From positions 10,712-74,711 of the forward strand of contig JBKHIT010000022.1 in the NCBI GenBank assembly GCA_046538485.1: 64,000 nt of DNA, written 5' to 3'. Source of the DNA: Candidatus Brocadiia bacterium. Lineage in GTDB: Bacteria > Planctomycetota > Brocadiia > SM23-32. A model generated the notes under the pieces. The model ran no database searches, was not told the origin of the DNA, and saw only the letters and a program-made list of their open reading frames with translations. Shown here in pieces: positions 29,325 through 38,675 of this stretch (positions within the stretch are counted from its first letter, which is position 1; each line of letters begins with the position of its first letter). The translations under genes were made by a program, and so were the position numbers.

Positions 29325-30014
29325 TCAGCGGGAAACGTCTTCACTCTGCAAGACATATTCCACGGCATTTTCCAGCAATTTCAAAGTCCCGGTCTCGGCC
29401 GGGTTCACTTTCTTTTCAAGACTTCCTTCCGGATGCGGACTGAATATGACAATTCTCCCTTTTCCCCGGTTTCCGCAGACAATGGCTCCGCCGCCATCTT
29501 CGTATCTGGCCAGCATCCGCACATCCTTCCCGGGTTCAATAAGAGGACCATTCTGATAGTAGATTTTTTGTCTCCGCGGGCAACCAGCCGTCACCGGATG
29601 CCGGCCATCCACAATCTCGATCGTTTTCATGGTTTTGCCCGACCGGCGGTGATTGTGTTTCAGAAAAGCGGGCAACCCTCCACAATGGTCCTGGTGGATG
29701 TGCGAAATAACGACCGCATCCACATCATCCGGATCGACGTGGAGTTTTTTCATATTGTCCATCAAAATGTCGCCCTCGCCCCCCGTATCGAAAAGGATCG
29801 TTTCCTCAAGACCCTCCACGAGACAGCCGAATCCCCAGGCGGTTTTCAGGCCTTTTTTGTACGGATTATTATCGTAAACTATCGTAATCCGAATGGAATT
29901 ATCTTTTACCAAATTAGATCGAGAACCCCGGTTGGCTGAGGAAGTGGTCCCGCAGAACAAGAGAATGCCCATCAAAAAAGCGCCCCCGACACTTTGCTGA
30001 AATGATGAGAACAT
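29325..30014 (-). CDS. Chimeric ORF: N-terminal half of an MBL-fold metallo-hydrolase fused to a BPL_N/GATase-like C-terminal half
   Basis: ITIVYDNN...WGFGCLV...LFDTG...SHIHQDHCGGL, then abruptly YYQNGP...LARY...GKGRIVIFSPHPE. Start uncertain. Confidence 0.6.
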   Translation of the reverse strand: MFSSFQQSVGGAFLMGILLFCGTTSSANRGSRSNLVKDNSIRITIVYDNNPYKKGLKTAWGFGCLVEGLEETILFDTGGEGDILMDNMKKLHVDPDDVDAVVISHIHQDHCGGLPAFLKHNHRRSGKTMKTIEIVDGRHPVTAGCPRRQKIYYQNGPLIEPGKDVRMLARYEDGGGAIVCGNRGKGRIVIFSPHPEGSLEKKVNPAETGTLKLLENAVEYVLQSEDVSR

Positions 30015-30143
30015 TCTTGTGTTCGCTGTTATTTTGGCGCGCGCTCGCATTGCAGGTGATCCCGCTGGAAATCGTGGATCTCCGAAACGGATTTTTGCGA
30101 AACCCGGGGGGCCGGTGTTCAGAGTCACATAAGTCCCGGCATA

Positions 30144-30608
30144 TCAACCCTCACCATCGGTCTTCACCTTGATTTTCGGCACCATTGCAACTTCAAACTC
30201 GAGTGCGTTGGAGATCAGACAGTTTTTCTCGGCAAGTTCCAGATTCTCGCGGACGCTTTCAACGTCTTCCTGCGAGGCCACGGTGACCTCCGCTTCGATT
30301 GTAATCTCAGTAAAAGTCAGTCCGTCCATTCCATAGACAACTTTGCCCTGGCCGGTGCTGCGGTAGCTCAAGAACTTGATTTCCGCTTTTATTTGATAAT
30401 AAAGAAAGGTCGTCATGATGCAAGAATTTACCGCGGCCACCAGAAAATCTTCCGGGCTCCAGACCCCTTCTGGCCCCCTGAAATCGGCCGGGGTGGCGAC
30501 TTCCAGGTCGGGTTTGCCCTCCGAACTCAGAACGCCTTTCCTTCCCTCTTTCCACTCGACTGTATTTTTGTACGTCCAGGACTTCTCGCGCGTCTGCGAC
30601 TTCGCCAT
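30144..30608 (-). CDS. OsmC/Ohr family protein
   Basis: ATPADFRG...WSPEDFLVAAVNSCIMTTF...AEKNCLISNAL. Start ATG 30608 with a GGGAGG RBS. Confidence 0.9.
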   Translation of the reverse strand: MAKSQTREKSWTYKNTVEWKEGRKGVLSSEGKPDLEVATPADFRGPEGVWSPEDFLVAAVNSCIMTTFLYYQIKAEIKFLSYRSTGQGKVVYGMDGLTFTEITIEAEVTVASQEDVESVRENLELAEKNCLISNALEFEVAMVPKIKVKTDGEG

Positions 30609-30817
30609 ATTTCCCTCCCTGGATTTTTTTGAGATGGTAACGGCCATTGAAAAACTGACTTTCCCGAGGCCGGCAAGGCCCCGGATATCTTTCCGAAAAT
30701 AGGTGCCTTCTATGGTTGAAAAATTGGCTATCCGTCGGAACACCCCTTCATTTTAAGGACACCGAACAGAGAGACGCAAACGTTCCCGAGGCGTCGCTCG
30801 ATGGGAATTGGGCGATT

Positions 30818-31396
30818 CTAACGACTTCCTCGACCTGCGACTTTTTTCGAGCATGTAAATATCCGTCCTCGCACCAGTCGGCCGTCATGCACAAGTTTGC
30901 GCTTCGACTCACCGAGCAGATCAAAACCGGCATTGCGTACCTCTCGTAGTTGTTTGCGAAACGTCATGCCGTATTTTTTTAAATGTGTTGGGTAAAACGA
31001 AAGGCGTCCATCCGGTTTCAAAACTCGATGTACTTCTTCCAATGTTCGCGCTCTCTGTTCCGGCTCGGGAGCATAACCCCTATGCACCACATCGTAGAGC
31101 AAAATCATATCGACTGTGCTGATTGAAAGCGGGATGGGATCTTCTTCGGACACATGCAAAAACTCAATATTGTTCAGGTCAGACTCAGCGACCTGGTTCT
31201 GAAGGTCCGTGAGGACTTCCCGATCCTTATCAAGAGCATAAACTTTGCCATCGGGACCCACGATTTGGGCAGCGGGTTTTGTATAGTTCCCATGATGGCA
31301 GCCGAAGTCAAGTACGGTTTGGTTTGCTTCAATACCAATCCTTCTCAAAAAAGACACCGCCTGCTTCTGCACCCACTGTTCGGCATCAGGTTCCAT
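30818..31396 (-). CDS. Class I SAM-dependent methyltransferase
   Basis: VLDFGCHHGNYT, VYALD, RVLKPDG. Confidence 0.85.
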   Translation of the reverse strand: MEPDAEQWVQKQAVSFLRRIGIEANQTVLDFGCHHGNYTKPAAQIVGPDGKVYALDKDREVLTDLQNQVAESDLNNIEFLHVSEEDPIPLSISTVDMILLYDVVHRGYAPEPEQRARTLEEVHRVLKPDGRLSFYPTHLKKYGMTFRKQLREVRNAGFDLLGESKRKLVHDGRLVRGRIFTCSKKVAGRGSR

Positions 31397-31584
31397 GGTT
31401 ATTGTGCATCTTCAGCCGCTATTTTGAGTGAGTTACGCACGGATACCGCTCCGCAGCAGATTCGCTTCCGTACTGCGGAGCGGGTCCAGAAACCGTGCGC
31501 GTGTTCCCGCAACCTGGCGAGTTTCCTTCGAGTCGGTCACCCCAAACTCGCCGTTTTGCGGGCGGCTCGAATATAGATCAGAAT

Positions 31585-31929
31585 TTAAATGTCCAGCGTA
31601 TCCAATCTTTCCAAAGATTCTTCGGCGATTTTTCTCTGAATTTCGAAATGGCGCCGCATTCGTTCGACGAACCCTGCGCGCTCCTCTTTCGTGTCGTAGT
31701 GTTTCAGCAAATCCTGCGTCCATTCCATATTCGCATCAATTTCAAGAGGCACGCGCTCGGCATCATGCCGCACAGCATCTTCGGGGCAAACACCGTGGCA
31801 GATGCCGCACCGAATGCATTCTTCATTATCAATGTAAGCCGTTTCATCCGGCATGGCAATACAATCAACGGGACATTCCTCCACACATACTCCACATCCA
31901 ACACACGTGTCTTCATCTACCCAGGGCAT
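31585..31929 (-). CDS. 2x[4Fe-4S] ferredoxin-domain protein with a helical C-terminal extension
   Basis: CVGCGVCVEECP and CIRCGICHGVCP. Confidence 0.88.
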   Translation of the reverse strand: MPWVDEDTCVGCGVCVEECPVDCIAMPDETAYIDNEECIRCGICHGVCPEDAVRHDAERVPLEIDANMEWTQDLLKHYDTKEERAGFVERMRRHFEIQRKIAEESLERLDTLDI

Positions 31930-31974
31930 ATGGTTCTGACCTCAACAAAAGTAAACAGGATTCAGAAAACGGGT

Positions 31975-32610
31975 TTATTCGGTTTTTTTGAGTTCATCGA
32001 GCAGCAATTGCCGCAGCCTATCGAGCGTAACGGGGTGCGGTTCCACCGGTATTTTCATGAAATCGGAAAATCCCAGCAATAATTCAGGATCTTCCTGAAT
32101 TAGTTCGTCATAATAGCCGTAAGCGTCGAGAATGATCGCTTTGCTGTTCTGAGGAAACGTTTCGTTCGCCAGCCCTGCGTCCCAGTCTTTGAAAATAAAT
32201 TTCCAGTTCGCAACCCAACCAGGCGTAAGCCAGTAAATTTTGTCCTCGCCCGCGATCGATTCGCGCTCTTCGGCGTCCGCCATCATATCGATACAATTGG
32301 AAGCCTTCAGACGGGTGACCTGCGGCCCGTGCTCCTTGATAAGCGTCCTGAGGTCGCGCGAGGGATTACTCAGATCAACGAAACATTTTCCTCCGTAGGC
32401 CACAATCACTTTATCAGACGTTTCTTTCGCCTTCTCCAGCTGTTTGTGCAACTGTTCTTCCAGCTTCCGAGGCCACTCATGCAGACCGGGTGCCGTGAAA
32501 TAAATGTGATCGGCGTCGAGAAAACCTTCCTCTTCCAGAATATGCATTTCCTGCCGTAAAGTGCCGCAAGAAACGACGCACGAGCCGGCGAAACTTTCCT
32601 CTGGCATCAC
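31975..32610 (-). CDS. DUF1638-domain protein (commonly found next to corrinoid/RACo genes)
   Basis: VVSCGTL, PGLHEWP, VAYGGKC, NCIDM, YWLTPGW. Confidence 0.8.
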   Translation of the reverse strand: MMPEESFAGSCVVSCGTLRQEMHILEEEGFLDADHIYFTAPGLHEWPRKLEEQLHKQLEKAKETSDKVIVAYGGKCFVDLSNPSRDLRTLIKEHGPQVTRLKASNCIDMMADAEERESIAGEDKIYWLTPGWVANWKFIFKDWDAGLANETFPQNSKAIILDAYGYYDELIQEDPELLLGFSDFMKIPVEPHPVTLDRLRQLLLDELKKTE

Positions 32611-32660
32611 TCCAATTCCTCACGCAAGAGATTCCGCTAAATTGCGGAAAGTTTTGGTGC

Positions 32661-32705
32661 TTGACATTAATTCGCGAGGTATTATACTGTTCAATAGGTT
32701 GAACA
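32661..32705 (+). promoter_or_regulatory. Sigma70 promoter with a palindromic operator over the -10/TSS
   Basis: TTGACA(32661)-16 bp-TATACT(32683), and TGTTCAA-TAGG-TTGAACA at 32688-32705 with perfect 7-bp arms. Confidence 0.7.
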
Positions 32706-32805
32706 TCAAGCCGCGAAGCGGGGCCGGGAAAATCCATTTTCGTCTCCCGCAGAGGTATTGGCGGTTGGAAATTGTTACATGCAGGACTCCCAGGAGTAGA
32801 TTCCG

Positions 32806-34671
32806 ATGCCGGTTGTAAAGTTCGAACCTTCCGGAGCCGATATAGAGGTGGAATCGGGCACCAGTCTCCTTGATGCCGCGAGAGACGCTGGTGTTCGAAT
32901 TCGCAACGATTGCGGGGGACAGGGCGTTTGCCGGCGCTGTGTTGTCCGCGTGGATCAAGGACAGGTCCATAGTTCGGGATCGACCGAGGACCTGGCGGAA
33001 AATGAAACGCTCGCCTGCCGCACCCTCGTGCTCGAGTCGGACGTCACCGTGCACGTGCCGGAGTCAAGTCGAGAAGTCCAGGAAGATGTAACGATCTCAA
33101 AAGGCGAACCCTCCCCTGTATCGCATGATCCTGAAAAGAGCCCTGTACGAAGATTCGATCTATCGCTCAGTGAACCCACCCTCGAAGACCATCTCCCCGA
33201 TACGGAACGTCTGGTTCGGGCCCTGGAAGCTCAGGAAAAGGGAAACTACTCTTTTGCTCCCGGTCTCCTTCGCGTGCTTCCATTGCGCCTCAGAGACGCT
33301 GATTGGGAGCCCCGGGTCACTGTTGCTCGGGGACCGTGCGGCTATGAGGTCCTGGACGTTGAAGCCCGTGAGAGTTCCTGGCCCGCCGTCCTGGCTGTTG
33401 ATATCGGGACGACCTCGTTGAAAGCGTCGTTGATAGCCCCGGGACCGCGCTGGAACGCATCGTGCTACAACAGCCAGATCGTTTACGGGCCCGATGTTAT
33501 CTCACGCATAATTCATACCCAGCGGAACGACGGTGGGCTGAAGCAACTTCAAAGGCTTGTCATTGGGGATATCAACCGATTGCTCACAGCTCTTCTGAAA
33601 AAAGCTGACGTTGATCGTCAGGAAGTGCTCTCGGTTGTCGCCAGCGGGAACACCACCATGACGCATCTGCTTCTGGGCATGGAACCGGCCTGGATTCGAC
33701 GGGAACCGTATGTCGGCTGCAGTTACCGTCTGCCACCCATGCGGGCCGCCGAACTGGATCTGCGTATTCATCCAGACGGGCTGTTGTATTGTCTGCCATC
33801 GGTCAGTTCCTATGTCGGCGGGGACATCACCGCTGGCGTGATCGTCACAAAACTCTACCAGGCTCCGGCCCCGCGTATGTTGATTGACCTCGGCACAAAC
33901 GGCGAGATTGTCATTGGGAGTCAGGACTTCATGGTTTGCTGCAGCGCGTCCGCGGGGCCGGCTTTTGAGGGCGAATCCGGCGCCTCGGGAAGCCGCGCCA
34001 AACCGGGCGCCATTGAATCCGTGCAGTGGCATGATGGCTTGCAGGTCAACACGATAGGTGGCAAATCTCCGGTCGGGATCTGCGGAAGCGGTTACATAGA
34101 TCTTCTGGCGGAGTTGGCCGGACACCAGGTTATAAACCGATCGGGCAAACTTCAGCCCGGGGCATCGCATCGTGTTCTCGGCAACAGTGTGGACCAGATG
34201 GCATATATGGTTGTAGAAGCCGACGAAAGCGCGACCGGGAACGACATCGTGCTCACTCAGGCAGATATTAACAATCTCGTGCGGGCGAAAGGTGCCATTT
34301 ACGCCGCGGCAAGCGTCCTGCTCGCAAGCCTCGGAATGGAATGGAAGGATCTCGATGAAATCATGCTTGCGGGCGGTTTTGGAGATAAAATAAACAAAGA
34401 GAACGCCGTCCGCATCGGATTGCTGCCGGATATTCCCCGGGAGAAGATCCACTTTGTGGGTAACACTTCTTTGCGCGGGACAACTCTGGTGGCGGGCGAT
34501 GCTGATCTGTTTGCCCATTCCGGTTCCATTGCACGTGCCATGACATATTTTGAGCTATCGACGCATCCGGATTATATGGACAATTTTGTGGCCTCGTGTT
34601 TTTTGCCGCACACACACGCGGATGAGTTTCCATCGATGGATCTGGAGAGAATCGCCAAAAATCGAGTCTGA
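32806..34671 (+). CDS. Second RACo/AcsV paralogue (2Fe-2S plus ASKHA)
   Basis: CGGQGVCRRC...LACR, VDIGTT, YGPDVISRI, GNTTM, YVGGDI, DLGTNGE, AGPAFEG, GICGSG, FLPHT. Confidence 0.92.
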   Translation: MPVVKFEPSGADIEVESGTSLLDAARDAGVRIRNDCGGQGVCRRCVVRVDQGQVHSSGSTEDLAENETLACRTLVLESDVTVHVPESSREVQEDVTISKGEPSPVSHDPEKSPVRRFDLSLSEPTLEDHLPDTERLVRALEAQEKGNYSFAPGLLRVLPLRLRDADWEPRVTVARGPCGYEVLDVEARESSWPAVLAVDIGTTSLKASLIAPGPRWNASCYNSQIVYGPDVISRIIHTQRNDGGLKQLQRLVIGDINRLLTALLKKADVDRQEVLSVVASGNTTMTHLLLGMEPAWIRREPYVGCSYRLPPMRAAELDLRIHPDGLLYCLPSVSSYVGGDITAGVIVTKLYQAPAPRMLIDLGTNGEIVIGSQDFMVCCSASAGPAFEGESGASGSRAKPGAIESVQWHDGLQVNTIGGKSPVGICGSGYIDLLAELAGHQVINRSGKLQPGASHRVLGNSVDQMAYMVVEADESATGNDIVLTQADINNLVRAKGAIYAAASVLLASLGMEWKDLDEIMLAGGFGDKINKENAVRIGLLPDIPREKIHFVGNTSLRGTTLVAGDADLFAHSGSIARAMTYFELSTHPDYMDNFVASCFLPHTHADEFPSMDLERIAKNRV

Positions 34672-34854
34672 TTTGCCCCGAAGAGAAAGTCCTGCAGATG
34701 GCCAATATTCTTTACGTGGGAGACAAGTCCAAAGAAATCGAGGAACTGTCCGGAACTCTGCAGGAAAACGGACACTCTGTTGAGCGTGCGGAATGTGCCG
34801 AGCGGGCGATGTTGTAGCCGAACATTGAAAGACTTATTTCTGGAAACCAACACG

Positions 34855-35232
34855 ATGAAAACTGCAAAAGGCGAGACGGAAACGACGGATATGACCAAAC
34901 CGGACCCGTTACAGAATAATCTTGCAAAATTAAAGCAAAGGGTTTCGGTACTGCTTGAAAAAGCCAAAACGACCAGAGAGCGGATCGAAAAGATCAGCGA
35001 TTCCTCTGATACTGAGACGGTGCCCCGCCGTGCGGTGGTTGAACGATCGAGATGTACGGCGTGTGGTATCTGCCGGGAAAACTGCTCCCATAATGCCATT
35101 CGGATCACTTATATCGCTCAAATTGATACCGACAAATGTACCGGATGCGGTACGTGTGTTGACGTTTGCCCCCGTGGAGCCATTCGATTGGCTGCTGCCG
35201 ATGAAGACAGTGCAAAAATAGCGGAGATCTAA
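34855..35232 (+). CDS. 2x[4Fe-4S] ferredoxin with an N-terminal coiled coil
   Basis: CTACGICRENC and CTGCGTCVDVCP. Start is 34855 or 34891. Confidence 0.8.
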   Translation: MKTAKGETETTDMTKPDPLQNNLAKLKQRVSVLLEKAKTTRERIEKISDSSDTETVPRRAVVERSRCTACGICRENCSHNAIRITYIAQIDTDKCTGCGTCVDVCPRGAIRLAAADEDSAKIAEI

Positions 35233-35236
35233 CGCA

Positions 35237-35836
35237 ATGTTTGAATGGATAGAAGGTGCGGATCACCTTGATTCGATTAAGCAAGATGGTGAAGATTTCT
35301 TTCTGCTGGCTTTTGTTGGCGAATTCTCCGATGCTGCCCAACGGGCCATCGACGAACTGAAAACGTTCGCCGGAAATTACGAGGATATTCCCGTTTACGC
35401 CGTGGATGTCGGAAAGGTAAAAGGACTGCACAAGCAGTTCGACGTGGAGCGCGTTCCGACTGTCCTCGCCATCGAGGACGGCGAAATCAAAAAATCCATC
35501 GAGGGCGTGCAAAGCGCCCGTTTCTATGGATTGCATTTCGGCGGTGCGGCTCCCAGCGCGGTGGCAGGACGGTCCGACGAGAAAAAACCGCTCAGGGTTA
35601 CCGTCTACAGCGGGCCCGGATGCCCTGCGTGCGGGACGCTGAAAACTTACCTGCGAGAACATGATATTTCCTATCGGGAAATCGATATCTCACGCAACCA
35701 GAAAGCGGCCCAACAGATCGCCCGCCGGAGCGGAAAAATGGCCGTCCCTCAGACGGATATCAATGGACACCTGGTCGTCGGGTTCGACCGGGCAAAACTC
35801 AATAGACTTCTTGGAATTCAGGAGGAAGGAAGATGA
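35237..35836 (+). CDS. Thioredoxin-like plus glutaredoxin (NrdH/YruB-like) fusion
   Basis: N-domain has a Trx fold (VERVPT) but no CxxC; C-domain has VTVYSGPGCPAC...AVPQTDING. Confidence 0.85.
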   Translation: MFEWIEGADHLDSIKQDGEDFFLLAFVGEFSDAAQRAIDELKTFAGNYEDIPVYAVDVGKVKGLHKQFDVERVPTVLAIEDGEIKKSIEGVQSARFYGLHFGGAAPSAVAGRSDEKKPLRVTVYSGPGCPACGTLKTYLREHDISYREIDISRNQKAAQQIARRSGKMAVPQTDINGHLVVGFDRAKLNRLLGIQEEGR

Positions 35837-36117
35837 AGATCGTGCCGATCAATGGCTATGTGCTGGTCAAACCTCTGGAAGCCCCCAACACAACTCCCGG
35901 AGGAATCCATCTGCCCGACAGCGCGAAAGAGCAAAAGGCCGAAGGCGAAGTTGTGGCCGTAGCTGACGACGCCACCGAAGACGTCGCTGTTGGCGACCGA
36001 ATCATCTACAAGGAATTTGGCGGCACAGAGGTCAGCATCGAAGGTGAAAAATACGTTCTCCTTGCGACTGATGACCTTCTCGTTAAATACGTCGCCGCCG
36101 ATACGATCCCCGAATAA
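35833..36117 (+). CDS. groES: Co-chaperonin GroES (no groEL in the window)
   Basis: MKIVPINGYVLVKP, TPGGIHLPDSAKE, VGDRIIYKEFGGTEV. Confidence 0.92.
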   Translation: MKIVPINGYVLVKPLEAPNTTPGGIHLPDSAKEQKAEGEVVAVADDATEDVAVGDRIIYKEFGGTEVSIEGEKYVLLATDDLLVKYVAADTIPE

Positions 36118-36142
36118 AATCAGCAAAAACAAGAGGACAAAA

Positions 36143-36316
36143 ATGGCTGCTATTGTCGACGAACAAATTTGTACAGCATGTGGGATCTGCGAGGATGAGT
36201 ATCCTCAGGATGCCATTGTGGTCGACGGAATCGCAAAAGTCGATCCGGATCTGTGCACAGAATGTGGAATATGCGTCGATGAATGCCCCAATGAGACAAT
36301 TTCTTTGCCAGAATAA
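36143..36316 (+). CDS. Small clostridial-type ferredoxin (57 aa)
   Basis: GAGGA RBS; MAAIVDEQICTACGICEDEYPQDAI...CTECGICVDECP. Confidence 0.85.
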   Translation: MAAIVDEQICTACGICEDEYPQDAIVVDGIAKVDPDLCTECGICVDECPNETISLPE

Positions 36317-36400
36317 GACTCTTGAGCTCCGGGCACCAGTGCATCGCATTGAAGAAGGCAACGGAGCTGCACATCGGCTGAAGAAAGGTGGGAGGAACGG

Positions 36401-37087
36401 ATGATTGCCCAGGAATTGAAACCCATTGATGAAATCCTTGGTTACCTGGACGGAAAAAAGAGAATTGTGCTCTACGGTTGCGGAGGGTGTGCGACAGTAT
36501 TCCATACTGGCGGCCCCCCGGAAATTGAAAAAATGGAAACGACACTCACTGAAAATGGCAAAGAGATTCTCGCCGCAATTGCCCCACCTTTCGGTGAATT
36601 CACATGTTATCTCCCGTGGAGCCGCGAAAGACTCGCGAAACACCGCGATGCCGTCGAAGAGTGCGATGCTCTTCTCATGATGACCTGCGGCGATGGTCTT
36701 CAAACCGTCTGGGATAACATCATCGAGGATGAATACGGGCTTGTGAAACCTGTGTATCCTGCCACAAATCCCATTGGCCATATGGGAGGGGGCCCCGCCA
36801 GTTTCCAGGAAAAATGCCAGCAATGCGGAGAGTGTGAACTGGGGAAACTGGCGGGCATCTGTCCGCTCACACAATGCGCCAAAGGTATGATTAACGGACC
36901 GTGCGGTGGTGCATCTCAGGATGGAAAATGTGAAGCCAATCCTGAACAAGATTGCGCCTGGTTGCGAATATACCGGCGTCTGGACGCACTGGGCGAACTG
37001 GAAAAATTTCAGGAGACCAGGGCCCCAAAAAACTGGAGCAAGATGAAACGTCCCCGGAAAATCGAGGTTGAGCCGCTCAAGATGTAG
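36401..37087 (+). CDS. MetV-like methylene-THF reductase accessory subunit (MTHFR_C domain)
   Basis: GCGGCAT, CGDGLQ, CQQCGECEL...GICPLTQCAKGMINGPCGG...CE...CAW. Confidence 0.88.
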   Translation: MIAQELKPIDEILGYLDGKKRIVLYGCGGCATVFHTGGPPEIEKMETTLTENGKEILAAIAPPFGEFTCYLPWSRERLAKHRDAVEECDALLMMTCGDGLQTVWDNIIEDEYGLVKPVYPATNPIGHMGGGPASFQEKCQQCGECELGKLAGICPLTQCAKGMINGPCGGASQDGKCEANPEQDCAWLRIYRRLDALGELEKFQETRAPKNWSKMKRPRKIEVEPLKM

Positions 37088-37118
37088 ACGGCATTTCCTC
37101 AAACTGCGGTGACAGAAG

Positions 37119-37673
37119 GTGAACATCAAAAATTGGAAACAGAAGCTCGAAACCGAGCGCGGGGAGAAGGATCAGTTTTTCGCTCTGCACCCACAGTCTC
37201 CCCTGCCACAAAGCGATCGGGAAGATTTTACGGCGCTGGACTATTTCCCCCCCGATCCGAAGTACCGTTTCGAGCTTATGCTCCACGAGTATAAAAATCA
37301 GGAACTCATCCACGTTGCGGACACAAGGGGACAGCAGAGGGGGCTGCTGGTGTGGGGGGAGTTCCAGTTCCAGGTTGGAGATCTTACCTGTTCGCTTCAG
37401 GCTTACCGTAGCGACGCACGGGAGGAAAGGCTTTTCCTCCCATTCAAAGACGAGACAAACGACGAACAGACTTACGGCGCAGGTCGTTACATGGACCTGG
37501 AACCGGAGCATCATCTCACGGACAACGGTTTGTGGGTTCTCGACTTCAACAAAGCATACAACCCCTGGTGCGCCTACAGCGAACACTACGCATGCCCGTT
37601 TGTACCGCGGGATAACTGGTTGCCCTGCCCTATCCAAGCCGGTGAAAAAAAATATCCTCTCAATGGTAAATGA
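37119..37673 (+). CDS. DUF1684-domain protein
   Basis: SPLP, LDYFPPDP, LFLPFKDETN...TYGAGRY, LDFNKAYNPWCAY...CP. Confidence 0.88.
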   Translation: MNIKNWKQKLETERGEKDQFFALHPQSPLPQSDREDFTALDYFPPDPKYRFELMLHEYKNQELIHVADTRGQQRGLLVWGEFQFQVGDLTCSLQAYRSDAREERLFLPFKDETNDEQTYGAGRYMDLEPEHHLTDNGLWVLDFNKAYNPWCAYSEHYACPFVPRDNWLPCPIQAGEKKYPLNGK

Positions 37674-37686
37674 TAGAGACCTCAAG

Positions 37687-38529
37687 ATGGATACTTTCAT
37701 TTACAATCAAAAATTTAAACAGGAACTTCGCCAGGATTTGCATCCTTTCGGTGAAGTAACTTTTCTGGAATCCATCGCCGAACCGGGCATGGTCGCACTC
37801 GATATCGGCGCCAATAAAGGTCTCAGCACCGTCGCTATCGCCAAAAGTGTCCACCCTCGGGGACGCGTTTTCGCGTTTGAACCAATTCCGGAATACCACA
37901 AAAACCTGGAAACCAACCTCGCCGAGAACAATGTGGAAAATGTCCGCACATACCAGTTCGCTCTTGGCGGCCAAAACGGCCGGGTCGATTACTACAAAAA
38001 CGGAGGCGGGAGCGGAATTGTTCCGCAAGACGGTGCGGAAAAACTATCGGTCGAAGTGAGCACACTCGATCGTTTCGCACACAAGGAAAAGCTGAAAACA
38101 ATCGATCTTATCAGCATGGACTGCGAAGGAAGCGAATTGATGGTTCTGGAAGGCGCCAAACAAGTGCTTCAGTCCGGCCCCCTGAAATTGTTCTGCGAGA
38201 TACACCGGAGCTACCTCCAATCCCTCGGACAGACGCTCGATGACATTGTGAAATGGTTGGAAGACCATAATTTCGAAGTAACCCCCGTTTTCGTCGACGA
38301 TCTCGATAAAAAAGTGGGCTATGACGAATGCACACATATCTTCGCATCGCGCGAGGAAAATGACCAAGATATCGATGAAGAAATCAAAAGACTTGAAAAA
38401 GAACTCTCCGACCTTGAGGCCCGCTGGCCGGCACATTCCACACCCCCGTCGATGATCCAGGAACGCGAAGAACTCGAAGAAAAATTGGAAGAAGCAAAAC
38501 ACCGAAAAACATCGGAAAATTCCCCATGA
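37687..38529 (+). CDS. FkbM-family methyltransferase with a C-terminal helical-hairpin appendage
   Basis: LDIGANKG, AFEP, SMDCEGSELMVLEGA; tail LEARWPAHSTPPSMIQEREELE. Start is 37687 or 37663; the longer ORF-track start overlaps the DUF1684 gene. Confidence 0.85.
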   Translation: MDTFIYNQKFKQELRQDLHPFGEVTFLESIAEPGMVALDIGANKGLSTVAIAKSVHPRGRVFAFEPIPEYHKNLETNLAENNVENVRTYQFALGGQNGRVDYYKNGGGSGIVPQDGAEKLSVEVSTLDRFAHKEKLKTIDLISMDCEGSELMVLEGAKQVLQSGPLKLFCEIHRSYLQSLGQTLDDIVKWLEDHNFEVTPVFVDDLDKKVGYDECTHIFASREENDQDIDEEIKRLEKELSDLEARWPAHSTPPSMIQEREELEEKLEEAKHRKTSENSP

Positions 38530-38675
38530 AAATATAGCCTCGCCTTCCAGCGGGTATAAACCGCGCCGGTTCTCAACTGACCTTCGGTGCCGTGTGGACG
38601 ACGCAACGCGCGCGAAAAACATACCACCGTAAGTCGCCGTTCAGACAACAGAACAACCAGTAAAAGGCAAAGACA

